The notes: generated from the sequence alone by a model not told the origin. Counted from the stretch's first letter, positions 30,479 to 40,010 are shown. The stretch is DNA of 64,000 bases from an uncultured Planctomycetia bacterium (GCA_964406665.1 CAYOSQ010000009.1:6106-70105); one strand, 5' to 3'. Made by a program: numbers and translations.

Positions 30479-31444
30479 ATGGCGCAAAAAGAGATTACTG
30501 CAAGTGCATTAAATCCAAATGAGTTTATTGAGAGTATGGGCAAGCAGATTTCCGAGACAGTCAAAGACGGATGTGCGATCAACGCGCTTTCCGGTGGGGT
30601 GGATTCTTCAGCAGTTACCTTGCTCGGACACAAGGCATTGGGCAACAGGTTAAAGACTTATTTTATTGATAACGGTCTCATGCGCAGCAAAGAACCAAAA
30701 AGTATTGCTTTAGCATTTAAGAAGTTAGGGGTTAAGGTTGAGATTTTAGATGCTCAGGATGCGTTTTTCAGCGCTTTAAAAGGCATCACTGATCCCGAGC
30801 AGAAAAGAGAAGCGATTACCCAAACGTTTTACAAAGATATATTCGGTAAGCTGGTAAGAGAAAGCGGTGCGAAGTTTCTCCTGCAGGGGACAATCCTTAC
30901 TGACGTGGATGAGACTAAAGCCGGTATCAAAAGGCAGCATAATGTATTTGAACAGTTAGGTATTGATCCTCAGGAGGCATTTGGGTATAAGATTATCGAG
31001 CCGTTAGTGCAGATGCGTAAAGACGGCGTGCGTAAACTGGGCGAAGCATTAGGGTTGCCGAAGTCACTTTTTAAAAGGATTCCGTTTCCCGGTCCTGCGC
31101 TATCCGCGCGTGTTATCGGAGAAGCTACGCCTGAGCGCATTGAAATCGTACGGCAGGCAACAGTCATCACCGAAAAGATGCTTTCCTATGCTAAGGCATT
31201 TCAGTATATGGCGATTTTACACGAAGACAGGGTTACCGGCATGCGTGATAACAAAAGGGATTTTGGCATGCAGATTGAGATTAGATGTTGGGATAGTGTG
31301 GATGCACGTCAGGCTACGCCTACAAAAATACCCTTTAAGCGGCTGCGCGCGCTGGCTGATAAAATCACCGCTGAAGTACCGGGTGTAGTGAGTGTTACTT
31401 ATAACATAACCACAAAACCACCTTCAACAATTGAGGCGGTGTAG
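30479..31444 (+). CDS. guaA: GMP synthase ATP-pyrophosphatase subunit (no glutaminase domain)
   Basis: ALSGGVDSS, IDNGLMR, DPEQKR, QGTI..D, IKRQHNV, PFPGPAL, TTKPPSTIE; AAGGAG RBS before ATG 30479. Confidence 0.88.
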   Translation: MAQKEITASALNPNEFIESMGKQISETVKDGCAINALSGGVDSSAVTLLGHKALGNRLKTYFIDNGLMRSKEPKSIALAFKKLGVKVEILDAQDAFFSALKGITDPEQKREAITQTFYKDIFGKLVRESGAKFLLQGTILTDVDETKAGIKRQHNVFEQLGIDPQEAFGYKIIEPLVQMRKDGVRKLGEALGLPKSLFKRIPFPGPALSARVIGEATPERIEIVRQATVITEKMLSYAKAFQYMAILHEDRVTGMRDNKRDFGMQIEIRCWDSVDARQATPTKIPFKRLRALADKITAEVPGVVSVTYNITTKPPSTIEAV

Positions 31445-31456
31445 TAGAATTCTAAA

Positions 31457-31593
31457 AGTACGTACACCCTTCGAGTGCTGCTCACTAAAGTTCGCAAGCT
31501 CGAGTACGTACTCTGTGGAAACACCAGCTTGCTGAGAAGCGCTCGCTGGTGCGTCGAGGCCTTTGGCCTCGAACGAAGTCAGAAAATCAATCG
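31457..31593 (+). repeat. Composite palindromic intergenic repeat
   Basis: AGTACGTAC-insert-GTACGTACT, CACC..GGTG, TCGAGGCCTTTGGCCTCGA. Confidence 0.88.
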
Positions 31594-31614
31594 ATAATAA
31601 TCAAAAGGAGAAAA

Positions 31615-32796
31615 ATGAATAATAGTTCCTGGTTTTCTCAAATTTCTTTTAAGCAACGGATTTGGTTGTTCGCAACTGTGGCAGGAATGCTTGCGATTAC
31701 AATCCTGGGGATTTTTCTAAGCTCATCAAGCAAGCCAGGGGAATCAATTGAATTCAACATTAATATGTCTATCCAGGACATTGCTCCCAAAATTGGAGTT
31801 ACAGGTAAAGGCCTTGCCCGTGAACTTGAATTACCGATTGATATTTCCAAGAGAAAACCTCTCAATTTATTAAAGATAACAAACGAAGAACTTCATCATG
31901 CTGTTGAACATATTCTTTCTCATCGCGATAGCATACTCAAATATTATATTTACGCGGCATTGGTATTGTTTGGTCTTGTATTTCTTACCAAACTAGGACG
32001 GCCAGATGGATCAGATATCAAGCACAGACATAAGTGGTATCCTCGAACACCCTACATTGTTTCTCTGTTGTTTTCTGTAGCAGTAGCTGGATTCATTCTT
32101 GGCAAGTCGCCTAATCCCATGGAGGGGGCAGTCAAAGTATTCAAATCAATGGTAGGACTTTATCCTGACCCGATGGTTAAAGCAATCGCTTTCGGTTTTT
32201 TCATTATACTTGCTGTTATTGGAAATAAAATGATCTGTGGTTGGGCCTGTCCTTTTGGTGCTTTGCAAGAACTTATTTATAGCATACCAATTTTGAAAAA
32301 AATCAAAAAAGAGAAACTTCCATTTGTATTCATAAACACAATCCGCACCTGTCTTTTTATCGCGATGCTTCTTTTCCTGTTTGGAGTTATTGGGGGACGC
32401 AGGGGATTTGTGATTTACCACTATATTAATCCTTTTAACCTATTTAATTTTGATTTTGAAACATTCAGTATCCTGTTGACAGTAATCATTGTTTTGTTGG
32501 TATCATTTGCTGTCTACCGCCCATTTTGTCAGTTAGTTTGTCCTTTTGGATTTATCTCATGGATAGCTGAGCGATTCAGCATTTTTCGTGTTCGCATTGA
32601 TAAAGAAAAGTGCACCCAATGTGGTGCTTGCATAAAGGCATGTCCTCTGGAAGCCGCAGAGGGTCTGGTTAACGGTAAAAAGATGCCGGCAGATTGTTTT
32701 AGTTGTGCGCGCTGCTTGAATGTTTGTCCAGTTGACGCCATTCAATATACAGCTTCTTCAAAAAAAGTAAAACAAGTTTCTGTAGTTGATAAATAA
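31615..32796 (+). CDS. Membrane 4Fe-4S protein (NapH/MauN/RdxA-like)
   Basis: CGWACPFG, FCQLVCPFG, two CxxCxxCxxxCP motifs, several TM segments. Confidence 0.85.
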   Translation: MNNSSWFSQISFKQRIWLFATVAGMLAITILGIFLSSSSKPGESIEFNINMSIQDIAPKIGVTGKGLARELELPIDISKRKPLNLLKITNEELHHAVEHILSHRDSILKYYIYAALVLFGLVFLTKLGRPDGSDIKHRHKWYPRTPYIVSLLFSVAVAGFILGKSPNPMEGAVKVFKSMVGLYPDPMVKAIAFGFFIILAVIGNKMICGWACPFGALQELIYSIPILKKIKKEKLPFVFINTIRTCLFIAMLLFLFGVIGGRRGFVIYHYINPFNLFNFDFETFSILLTVIIVLLVSFAVYRPFCQLVCPFGFISWIAERFSIFRVRIDKEKCTQCGACIKACPLEAAEGLVNGKKMPADCFSCARCLNVCPVDAIQYTASSKKVKQVSVVDK

Positions 32797-32824
32797 TAAG
32801 GAACTCAAGCGAGGGAGGAAAAAC

Positions 32825-33016
32825 ATGGGAAAAGCAGAAGGTGTATGTAAGATGGATGGATGTGAAGGGGCTTGGTATTTTCTAGGGATAATTGGCGCGG
32901 TAGTGTATTACATTTCAACCGCAACGAGCTTTTGGATTGGCGTGTTAGGATTTCTAAAAGCCCTTGTCTGGCCAGCATTCCTCGTCTTCGAAGTACTCAA
33001 ATTTGTGGGGGCGTAA
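32825..33016 (+). CDS. Small membrane protein (63 aa)
   Basis: GGAGGA RBS; two hydrophobic helices (WYFLGIIGAVVYYI..FLKALVWPAFLV). Confidence 0.75.
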   Translation: MGKAEGVCKMDGCEGAWYFLGIIGAVVYYISTATSFWIGVLGFLKALVWPAFLVFEVLKFVGA

Positions 33017-33107
33017 CACCCTACACTTAAGATATAGACTAGTGAGTGTTGTGGCTAAAATGTAAGTAAGCCACTAACGGGTGCGTCGAGGCCGAAGGCC
33101 TCGAGCG
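33017..33107 (+). repeat. Composite palindromic intergenic repeat
   Basis: Matches 30251-30327 joined directly to 30440-30463. Confidence 0.88.
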
Positions 33108-33129
33108 AAAAAAAAGGAGTCGTAATAAA

Positions 33130-34128
33130 TTGAAAAAAGGAAATAGAATTGTATGTTTTTCTTTGTTGGTTAGTATCACTCTATATGCATCCGAGGTTTA
33201 TGCTAAAGGAAAATTATTGGACAGGATAAGAGATAGGATAGAGAAAAAGCGCAGCCAGTGTACAGGTCTTAAAGAAGACAGGGAAAGAATGCCGGGGGAT
33301 TATGATTATTCTCTTAAGCATAATGGGAAGAAGAGAACCTACAAACTGCATGTCCCTCGGTCTTATAGCGGCCGGCCCACCGCTCTTATTTTGGCTTTTC
33401 ACGGAGGCATGGGCTCTGCAGAAGTTATGTCAAAATATTATGGCCTGAGAGAAAAATCAGATAGGCAAGGTTTTATAGTTGCGTTTCCAAATGGGGCAAG
33501 CAGATTGCCAACAGGAAAATTTGCCACCTGGAACGCAGGCAACTGCTGTGGTTATGCTGTTGAGAGTCAGAGCGATGACGTTGGTTTTATAAAAGCGGTT
33601 ATTGATGATATCAAAAACAAGGTAAACGTTAATAAGGTATTTGCAACCGGAATGTCCAACGGGGGTATGTTGTCATATCGCCTTGCTTGTGATATGTCTG
33701 ATACATTCTCTGCGATTGCCGCTATTTCAGGAACAGATAATTATGATGAATGTAATCCGACAAAGCCAATATCAATTATGCACATTCATTCTTTGCAAGA
33801 TTCGCATGTGCTTTATAAAGGGGGCTGTGGTCCTGATTGTCTCGTAGGGGGTGAGACTGAGTTTGTTTCAGTACCTAAGACTATTGCTAAATGGGTTAAT
33901 ATAAACCAGTGCAACAAAAGTCCTAGAAGAGTGTTTCAGAATGAGAATGCTTTTTGTGATGAGTATTCAGGCTGTAAAAGTAATGTGACTGTAAAAGTTT
34001 GTACAACAAGAGATGGTGGGCATTCTTGGGCTGGGGCAAAAAAAGTGCCAAATCCTCTTGAAAAAAATTCCCCTTCACAATCAATAAATGCAACAGACGA
34101 AATCTGGAAGTTCTTTAAGAATCAATAA
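33130..34128 (+). CDS. Secreted esterase, PHB-depolymerase/LpqP-like family
   Basis: FHGG, WNAGNCCG, DDVGF, GMSNGG, GGHSW; signal peptide. Confidence 0.87.
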   Translation: MKKGNRIVCFSLLVSITLYASEVYAKGKLLDRIRDRIEKKRSQCTGLKEDRERMPGDYDYSLKHNGKKRTYKLHVPRSYSGRPTALILAFHGGMGSAEVMSKYYGLREKSDRQGFIVAFPNGASRLPTGKFATWNAGNCCGYAVESQSDDVGFIKAVIDDIKNKVNVNKVFATGMSNGGMLSYRLACDMSDTFSAIAAISGTDNYDECNPTKPISIMHIHSLQDSHVLYKGGCGPDCLVGGETEFVSVPKTIAKWVNINQCNKSPRRVFQNENAFCDEYSGCKSNVTVKVCTTRDGGHSWAGAKKVPNPLEKNSPSQSINATDEIWKFFKNQ

Positions 34129-34165
34129 AGAAATCTTGGGCTGGTTCATCCAGAATATGTAAAAG

Positions 34166-34323
34166 AAAAGTACGTACTCGAGTACGTACTTTTTTTATTC
34201 TAATGCATCTGCTCGCCGAGCTATGCTCGTCTCGCGGTGCGATTGATTCCAGCTAATTTATGTCAGCGACAGCAGCTAGTTATTATTCAAAAACGTCGCA
34301 GCCATAAGCTAGGGAATCAATCG
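34166..34323. repeat. Palindromic repeat modules between convergent genes
   Basis: Perfect 28-bp palindrome 34166-34193; 34240-34323 homologous to 30356-30411. Confidence 0.82.
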
Positions 34324-35120
34324 AGATGCGGTTCTAAACTGCGCATTTTATCAATGGTAATTTCTGGAACTTCGTAGGTGCCGTCTCCAGGCACAGGCGG
34401 GTATTGAATAAAGTATTCCTTAACTAGCTCGTCATAAGTTTTATAAGCTTGTGTATATAGTTTTAATCCTGCTAAGGCATCTCCTAAGATATCGAGTCCT
34501 AGCAGAGAATGTTTATCAATTGCCAATACTGAATCTGCAATTTTTTTTGCCTCTGCAAAATTACCTCTTATTAAAGCGTAACGGCCGTTTTTAACCAGGT
34601 GATTTATTTCATTGTCCCTCCGAGCATTTGCTATAACTGGTAAGTTCAGAGAGTTACTTTCGGCATTATCAATCGTTGCGGATAAGGAATAGTTGTCGGG
34701 CTTAAGTTTTGCAGTTTCCTGGGGTGTAATATAGAACACATGTTCAATAGCATTGACCTCATCAAGGATAACTTTATTTTCTGTGACCGCAGTTGCTTGG
34801 ACATCGATTTTAACAATATTGTCCTGGCTGTCGCGTAAGGTAAACTTTATACCTTTTATCCAGGATTCTTTATTAGTGCCTAACTGGGTGTGAATAATTT
34901 TTTTATCTTCATTGCCGTAGGCAATATTTTGATAGTAAGCATTCATTGCATCAGGATTAGAGAGGATAAGAAAAATAATTATTGGTTCACCGGGCTGAAA
35001 GCCTTTAGCATTTATTGCTACATCATAGTAAATTACGGTTTTCAAATTGGCAGCGTAAGCTGAATTGATTGATAACAATAAAAGCCCGATTAAAAGAAAT
35101 AAGATTATTTTTTTCATCAT
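34317..35120 (-). CDS. Secreted protein with C-terminal TPR-like helices
   Basis: Signal peptide ending AYA; GNFAEAKK..LGDALAGLKLYTQA pattern. Confidence 0.7.
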   Translation of the reverse strand: MMKKIILFLLIGLLLLSINSAYAANLKTVIYYDVAINAKGFQPGEPIIIFLILSNPDAMNAYYQNIAYGNEDKKIIHTQLGTNKESWIKGIKFTLRDSQDNIVKIDVQATAVTENKVILDEVNAIEHVFYITPQETAKLKPDNYSLSATIDNAESNSLNLPVIANARRDNEINHLVKNGRYALIRGNFAEAKKIADSVLAIDKHSLLGLDILGDALAGLKLYTQAYKTYDELVKEYFIQYPPVPGDGTYEVPEITIDKMRSLEPHLD

Positions 35121-37237
35121 TTGTCATTTACCCTCATTTGCCCCAGACAGTTACCTCTGTTGGCGTTTCCGCCGACTAAGCCGCCACTATTATATCCAGT
35201 ACCGGTTGAAAAAGTACAGAAAGCTGCTCCATCAGGATCTCTGGGCCAGCAGCCAAACATCCCTGCGTCAGAAAAAACTTCAAAGAAACGACAGTATTTC
35301 ATAACACAGTTTACATCTCCGCTTTGTTGAGATCCTTTAGGGTGGAATCTAAAATCATGAGGAAGTCTGTGTCCGCAAAGGTATAGAGGAGGTGATCCTG
35401 TCCAATATCTATAAGATGTCCTTATTGCAGCAGAGGCTCTGTTGTTGTAAGCAGCGCTGCTTTCAGGGGAATAGATCGTAGTTTTTGCCCAGGGTGCTTC
35501 TCCGTGATGCCAGACGCAAGTAGAGTGGCCCAGTTCGTGAGCAGCTATGCGTGGTGTCCAGTGATTTAATACTGTGGCAGTAACATTTATCGGCGGTCCC
35601 ATAATGCCTTCGTTGATTCTCATTTGCATTGAGCGGCCACCTATGTTTGTTGGGATTTCGCCGGAATTCATTTTCAGAATAAGACCGTGTTGGGCTCCGG
35701 TTGTGGCATGACCTCTATTAGGATTTCCCACTCTGCGTCTTAATTCATTATTTGCTACTAAATGGCACATTATGCCTGATGTAGGGTAATGCCCGATACC
35801 CCTGCCGGTTCTGTCATTTATTAACAGATCCTTGAAGTCTGTATGGAATCTGGTCTGAGAACCTTGTACAAAAAAGCCTCGATACTCTTCGTAGTTTGAG
35901 TATCCGTCACCATCATGGCCGTCTAAATTGGGGGTGTTATCATTATCATTTGTAGCTGGTGCACCATTTTTATCCTGAGGGGCTGAATCAGCAATTTTAT
36001 TATTGTTATCATCAAGAGGAATCGAGACTGGTCCGTTGGGAGCGATATCTTCACAACCCTCGGCACTTGCTTTAATAAATCCGAAAGAGCCATAGTCATT
36101 GCTGGTAACTGTAACAGTTGCAGTAGTGGTTAATCTTTGAGTTTCAGCAGTTGTATAGAAACTTCCTCGCCCACCGCCTAAAAGAAATCCCGGCATAGGT
36201 TCATTAAAATGAAGATCAGGCTTGGTCTGAAAACCTTTGTTAAGGCAAACACCTTTTTCATTAGAAACACGGCTTAAATCAAATTTTATTCTACGTGGCG
36301 GACCTGGATATACCCAGCCTTGTCCGCCGACCCATCTATAGGTTCTTGCAGTAAATCTAACCATATTATTTTCTTCTGGTAACCAAGCAGCAGGACATTT
36401 AGTTATATCTATGCCAATACGAAAAACTTCAGGCGGAGGTGTTACGTCTGGTTCTTCAGGTGGAGTTGGTTCTGGGCCAGGATCAACCGGATCTTCTGGA
36501 GGAGCTGGTGGGACAGGTGGCGTTGGTTCTGGCTCTGGTTCGGGTTCTGGTGTAGGCTCAGGCTCAGGCTCGGGTTCTGGTTCAGGTTCAGGAGTTGGAG
36601 CAGGAGCGGGAGCAGGCGCAGGCTCAGGTTGTTCATCACAAGGTTTAACTTTAAAATTAGAGATTGAAACACTGTATAGCCGAGGCATCTTCCCTGAATT
36701 AACATCATCACAACAGGCTCGAACATCTTCAACTATAAGATGTCTTTCTCTGGGGTCAGTTGATTTGACAGTAATTCTAATACAGCGGCCAAGATCGCCG
36801 CTAAAAGTATGACTGGAGTAAGGTGGGATTATCACGGTTTGCCTGCCGGCATCTGAAGTTATGGTTACTTCTAAATTACGCCTTCTCTCCCAGCGGTTTT
36901 GAATGGTGATGTTTTCGAATTCGCAACAATCACTTTCAGGAGGCGCAACTGAGGGATATTCTGGCCGGGAATTATCAATAATAATTACCGGCGGAGCACC
37001 CAAATGATGTTTTTCGGTAGTTGTGCCAATAGGAAGATTCTCTGTTCCAAAAGTGAAAGGTGATTCGCCAGTAGTAGTGGCTGGAGTTGAATCAGGTGTG
37101 CTTGCTGGCGGTGGCGAAGAGCCATGTTCCTCAGAACAGCTTGCAAAAGTATTAACAGTATAAGATATAAATAGGAAGCTAAAAAGAAAGAGACAGGAGA
37201 AAACTTTTTTGAAATGAGGTTTTAATATACTTTTCAC
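35117..37237 (-). CDS. Secreted Cys-rich protein with Pro/Glu linker and HExxH motif (putative zinc metalloprotease)
   Basis: Signal peptide; PA/PE repeats; DGDGYSNYEEY; AAHELGHSTCVWHH. Confidence 0.72.
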   Translation of the reverse strand: MKSILKPHFKKVFSCLFLFSFLFISYTVNTFASCSEEHGSSPPPASTPDSTPATTTGESPFTFGTENLPIGTTTEKHHLGAPPVIIIDNSRPEYPSVAPPESDCCEFENITIQNRWERRRNLEVTITSDAGRQTVIIPPYSSHTFSGDLGRCIRITVKSTDPRERHLIVEDVRACCDDVNSGKMPRLYSVSISNFKVKPCDEQPEPAPAPAPAPTPEPEPEPEPEPEPTPEPEPEPEPTPPVPPAPPEDPVDPGPEPTPPEEPDVTPPPEVFRIGIDITKCPAAWLPEENNMVRFTARTYRWVGGQGWVYPGPPRRIKFDLSRVSNEKGVCLNKGFQTKPDLHFNEPMPGFLLGGGRGSFYTTAETQRLTTTATVTVTSNDYGSFGFIKASAEGCEDIAPNGPVSIPLDDNNNKIADSAPQDKNGAPATNDNDNTPNLDGHDGDGYSNYEEYRGFFVQGSQTRFHTDFKDLLINDRTGRGIGHYPTSGIMCHLVANNELRRRVGNPNRGHATTGAQHGLILKMNSGEIPTNIGGRSMQMRINEGIMGPPINVTATVLNHWTPRIAAHELGHSTCVWHHGEAPWAKTTIYSPESSAAYNNRASAAIRTSYRYWTGSPPLYLCGHRLPHDFRFHPKGSQQSGDVNCVMKYCRFFEVFSDAGMFGCWPRDPDGAAFCTFSTGTGYNSGGLVGGNANRGNCLGQMRVNDK

Positions 37238-37338
37238 AATAATAATATTGAGAGATAATTAGGTAAGCTGTATTTTACTATTGTCTTATGAGCTTGTCAA
37301 GAGGGCTTGTTAGTTGGGCTGTTCGTTAACGGCTTTTG

Positions 37339-37513
37339 ACTACGCCCCGCAAAAAGCGCGGGATTGCTCCCTAAGATAAATCTTAGGGAGACTATAGTGA
37401 CTACAGTCTTTCTAAAGCTTGCTTTAGGAAGCCCTAAAGAATTGGGCTTTACCCTAATAGTTCCCTGTGGGACGTAGTTTCAAGAGTACGTACCTTAAGT
37501 ACGTACTCTTGAA
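37339..37513. repeat. Nested hairpin cluster ending in an AGTACGTAC palindrome
   Basis: ACTACGCCCCGC/GTGGGACGTAGT outer stem with internal hairpins; TTCAAGAGTACGTAC-CTTAA-GTACGTACTCTTGAA. Confidence 0.7.
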
Positions 37514-37559
37514 TAATAGTTATATACTTCTTTCCTTAATAGTGCTATTATGGGCTATT

Positions 37560-38768
37560 ATGACACAAGTAAACAATTCTTTTTACGGCTTGGGGATTGC
37601 CCCAAAAATACTCGATATACTGGATCGGATGAAGTTTACTGTTCCTACACCGATTCAGCATAAAGCCATCCCTATTGTTATAGAAGACAAAGATATTATA
37701 GGAGTTGCACAGACAGGTACTGGTAAAACACTTGCTTTTGCTGTGCCTATTATTCAGCGCCTTTCCCAGAAAGAAGGTCGTGCGTTGATTCTTGTACCTA
37801 CCAGAGAACTTGCTATTCAGGTAAATGAGGAGTTTGCCAAGATTGCCCCGTCGTTTGGCATAAAGACAGCTGTTATTGTAGGTGGGGTGTCCATAAATCT
37901 GCAGTTAAGAGCATTAAGCAAAAACCCGCGCATTCTAGTGGCTACTCCCGGACGGCTTGTAGATCATATGAAGCGACGCACAATTGTTTTAAATGATGTG
38001 AATGTTTTGGTTTTGGATGAGGCGGATCGTATGCTGGATATGGGATTTCTGCCGGATATCGAAAGAATTATTAGATGTGTTCCCAAAAACAGACAGACTA
38101 TGCTTTTTTCAGCAACTATACCGGGAGCGATTGTAAGAATTGCATCCGCGCACATGAGGCTCCCCATTCATATTGAGGTTGCTCCTTCGGGAACTACTGC
38201 AGAAAACATTATTCAGGAAGTATTTATTGTTAAGAGAAGTTCAAAGCGCAGACTTTTAATTAAGCTGTTAGATAAATATCACGGCCCGGTACTTATCTTT
38301 TCCCGGACAAAAATAGGAGCTAAAAAGATTGCCCGCGGCTTACAGGAAATGCACCGCAGGGCTGCTGAGATTCACTCCAACCGTTCTCTGGGCCAGAGAA
38401 AAGAGGCCTTGAATGGTTTTAAATCAGGAAAGTATAAGATACTTGTTGCCACTGATATTGCTGCCAGGGGTATTGATGTTACAGGTATAGAGCTTGTTAT
38501 AAATTATGATCTTCCTGATGAAACTGAGAATTATGTACATCGCATTGGGCGCACAGGCCGCGCAGGACACGAAGGCCGCGCCATATCTTTTGCCACACCT
38601 GAACAGGGCAGGGATGTTAAAAACATTGAAAAACTTATTAAGACTGCCTTACAAATAGTAGAACATCCTGAATTCCCTAAAGAGGAATTTCAAGAAGGGT
38701 CAAAAAAAATCCAGACTTTTAAACCGCGCAAGAGAAATCGAAGAAGACGCAGGAGACCACGGAAGTAG
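37560..38768 (+). CDS. DEAD-box RNA helicase (RhlE-like)
   Basis: PTPIQ, AQTGTGKT, PTRELA, DEAD, SAT, HRIGRTGR; basic tail. Confidence 0.95.
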   Translation: MTQVNNSFYGLGIAPKILDILDRMKFTVPTPIQHKAIPIVIEDKDIIGVAQTGTGKTLAFAVPIIQRLSQKEGRALILVPTRELAIQVNEEFAKIAPSFGIKTAVIVGGVSINLQLRALSKNPRILVATPGRLVDHMKRRTIVLNDVNVLVLDEADRMLDMGFLPDIERIIRCVPKNRQTMLFSATIPGAIVRIASAHMRLPIHIEVAPSGTTAENIIQEVFIVKRSSKRRLLIKLLDKYHGPVLIFSRTKIGAKKIARGLQEMHRRAAEIHSNRSLGQRKEALNGFKSGKYKILVATDIAARGIDVTGIELVINYDLPDETENYVHRIGRTGRAGHEGRAISFATPEQGRDVKNIEKLIKTALQIVEHPEFPKEEFQEGSKKIQTFKPRKRNRRRRRRPRK

Positions 38769-38957
38769 ACACCTCAAGCATCGGCACTTGATTCACACCT
38801 AACTTCATAACTTACAATAATTAATAAAGACAATTTTGATGTTAATCATAAGAGTTTATTCTATGTTTTTAGTTTTACAGTACTTGGTTTAGGGTGTAAA
38901 ATAGTTGCTATCGCTTTAGTCATCGAGCGACAGCAAGCTGGACCACAAAGGAGTGGC

Positions 38958-40010
38958 ATGGCTAGATTCTTCAATCTTATCAAAGTAGCTTTTCGTAGAA
39001 TAATTTTCCTCCTGATATTTTTTCTTCTGTTTTTTCTTATGCTGGAGGCAGCGACACGCCTCTATTTTTTCATTAAAAACAAGATAAATCCTCCCATGAT
39101 GACGTTTTCTGAATCATTAGGCTGGCAGACCAAGGCAAAATCGTACAAAAAAGGTAACCTAAAATGTTACGGCCCGGTAATCGTCACCACAACAGAATAC
39201 GGCTTCCGCGTTTTTGGCGATGTGAATACCGATAAGACTAAAATCTTGGTTCTGGGAGATTCATATACTTTTGGGAATGTTGTTTCAGACGGCGATCTCT
39301 ATTATGATCATTTAAAGAGGCTTAATAATTCGATAGAAATATTTGCCTATGGCTGCGGTGGATACGGGACATTGCAAGAATACATGATTCTTGATAAATA
39401 TTTTGATGAGATTAAGCCTGATATTATCCTCTGGCAATTTAGTGACGGAGATTTTATTAACAATGACCATGAGTTGGAATCGAGCAGCATAATCAATAAT
39501 CATATGCAGAGGCCCTATTATATTGATGGAAAAATAAAATTGCTCTATCCGACTCCGATTAAAGGAGTGTCCTACCATATTTTTTATAATTCGCATTTCT
39601 TACGTTGGCTTAATATTAAATTAAGTCTTATAAAAGCCGTACTAGAAAATACTTTAGAATATGATTTAAATATTGATAGTTCTGATTTCCAACGGGCAAA
39701 GCGCACGACCTCTTTGATTATGGGATTAGTGAGACAGCGAGTAGGCGCAATACCAATTGTTGCCTTTTCCGTAGATGAAATTGGGGTGGGCCAGGGTGTT
39801 TTTAAAGAAATCTGCAAGGAGCACAATATTATTTTTGTATCACAGCTAAACGAAGTATTAAATAAGTTGAAGCTAAGTGGTCAGAAGATAGATTGTTCGC
39901 CCGGAGATAAACATTGGAATAAGTATGGTCATTATTTTGCCGGTAGGCTGCTTTTGGAATATTTAGAAAAAAGTAACCTGGTTGAGAAGAGAAGACCACT
40001 GTTTCCCTAA
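38958..40010 (+). CDS. Membrane-anchored SGNH/GDSL hydrolase
   Basis: VLGDSYTFG, GGYG, DKHWN; N-terminal TM. Confidence 0.85.
   Translation: MARFFNLIKVAFRRIIFLLIFFLLFFLMLEAATRLYFFIKNKINPPMMTFSESLGWQTKAKSYKKGNLKCYGPVIVTTTEYGFRVFGDVNTDKTKILVLGDSYTFGNVVSDGDLYYDHLKRLNNSIEIFAYGCGGYGTLQEYMILDKYFDEIKPDIILWQFSDGDFINNDHELESSSIINNHMQRPYYIDGKIKLLYPTPIKGVSYHIFYNSHFLRWLNIKLSLIKAVLENTLEYDLNIDSSDFQRAKRTTSLIMGLVRQRVGAIPIVAFSVDEIGVGQGVFKEICKEHNIIFVSQLNEVLNKLKLSGQKIDCSPGDKHWNKYGHYFAGRLLLEYLEKSNLVEKRRPLFP

Noticed and set aside
30120-33107. Repeats as a CRISPR array
   Set aside because: No constant repeat with unique equal-length spacers; copies are separated by whole genes; no cas genes
30120-34323. Repeats as classical integron attC sites
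   Set aside because: No consistent RYYYAAC..GTTRRRY boxes and no integrase in the window; kept only as an analogy
36411-36812. Gly/Ser-rich plus-strand ORF
   Set aside because: Antisense shadow of the Pro/Glu linker in the 706-aa gene
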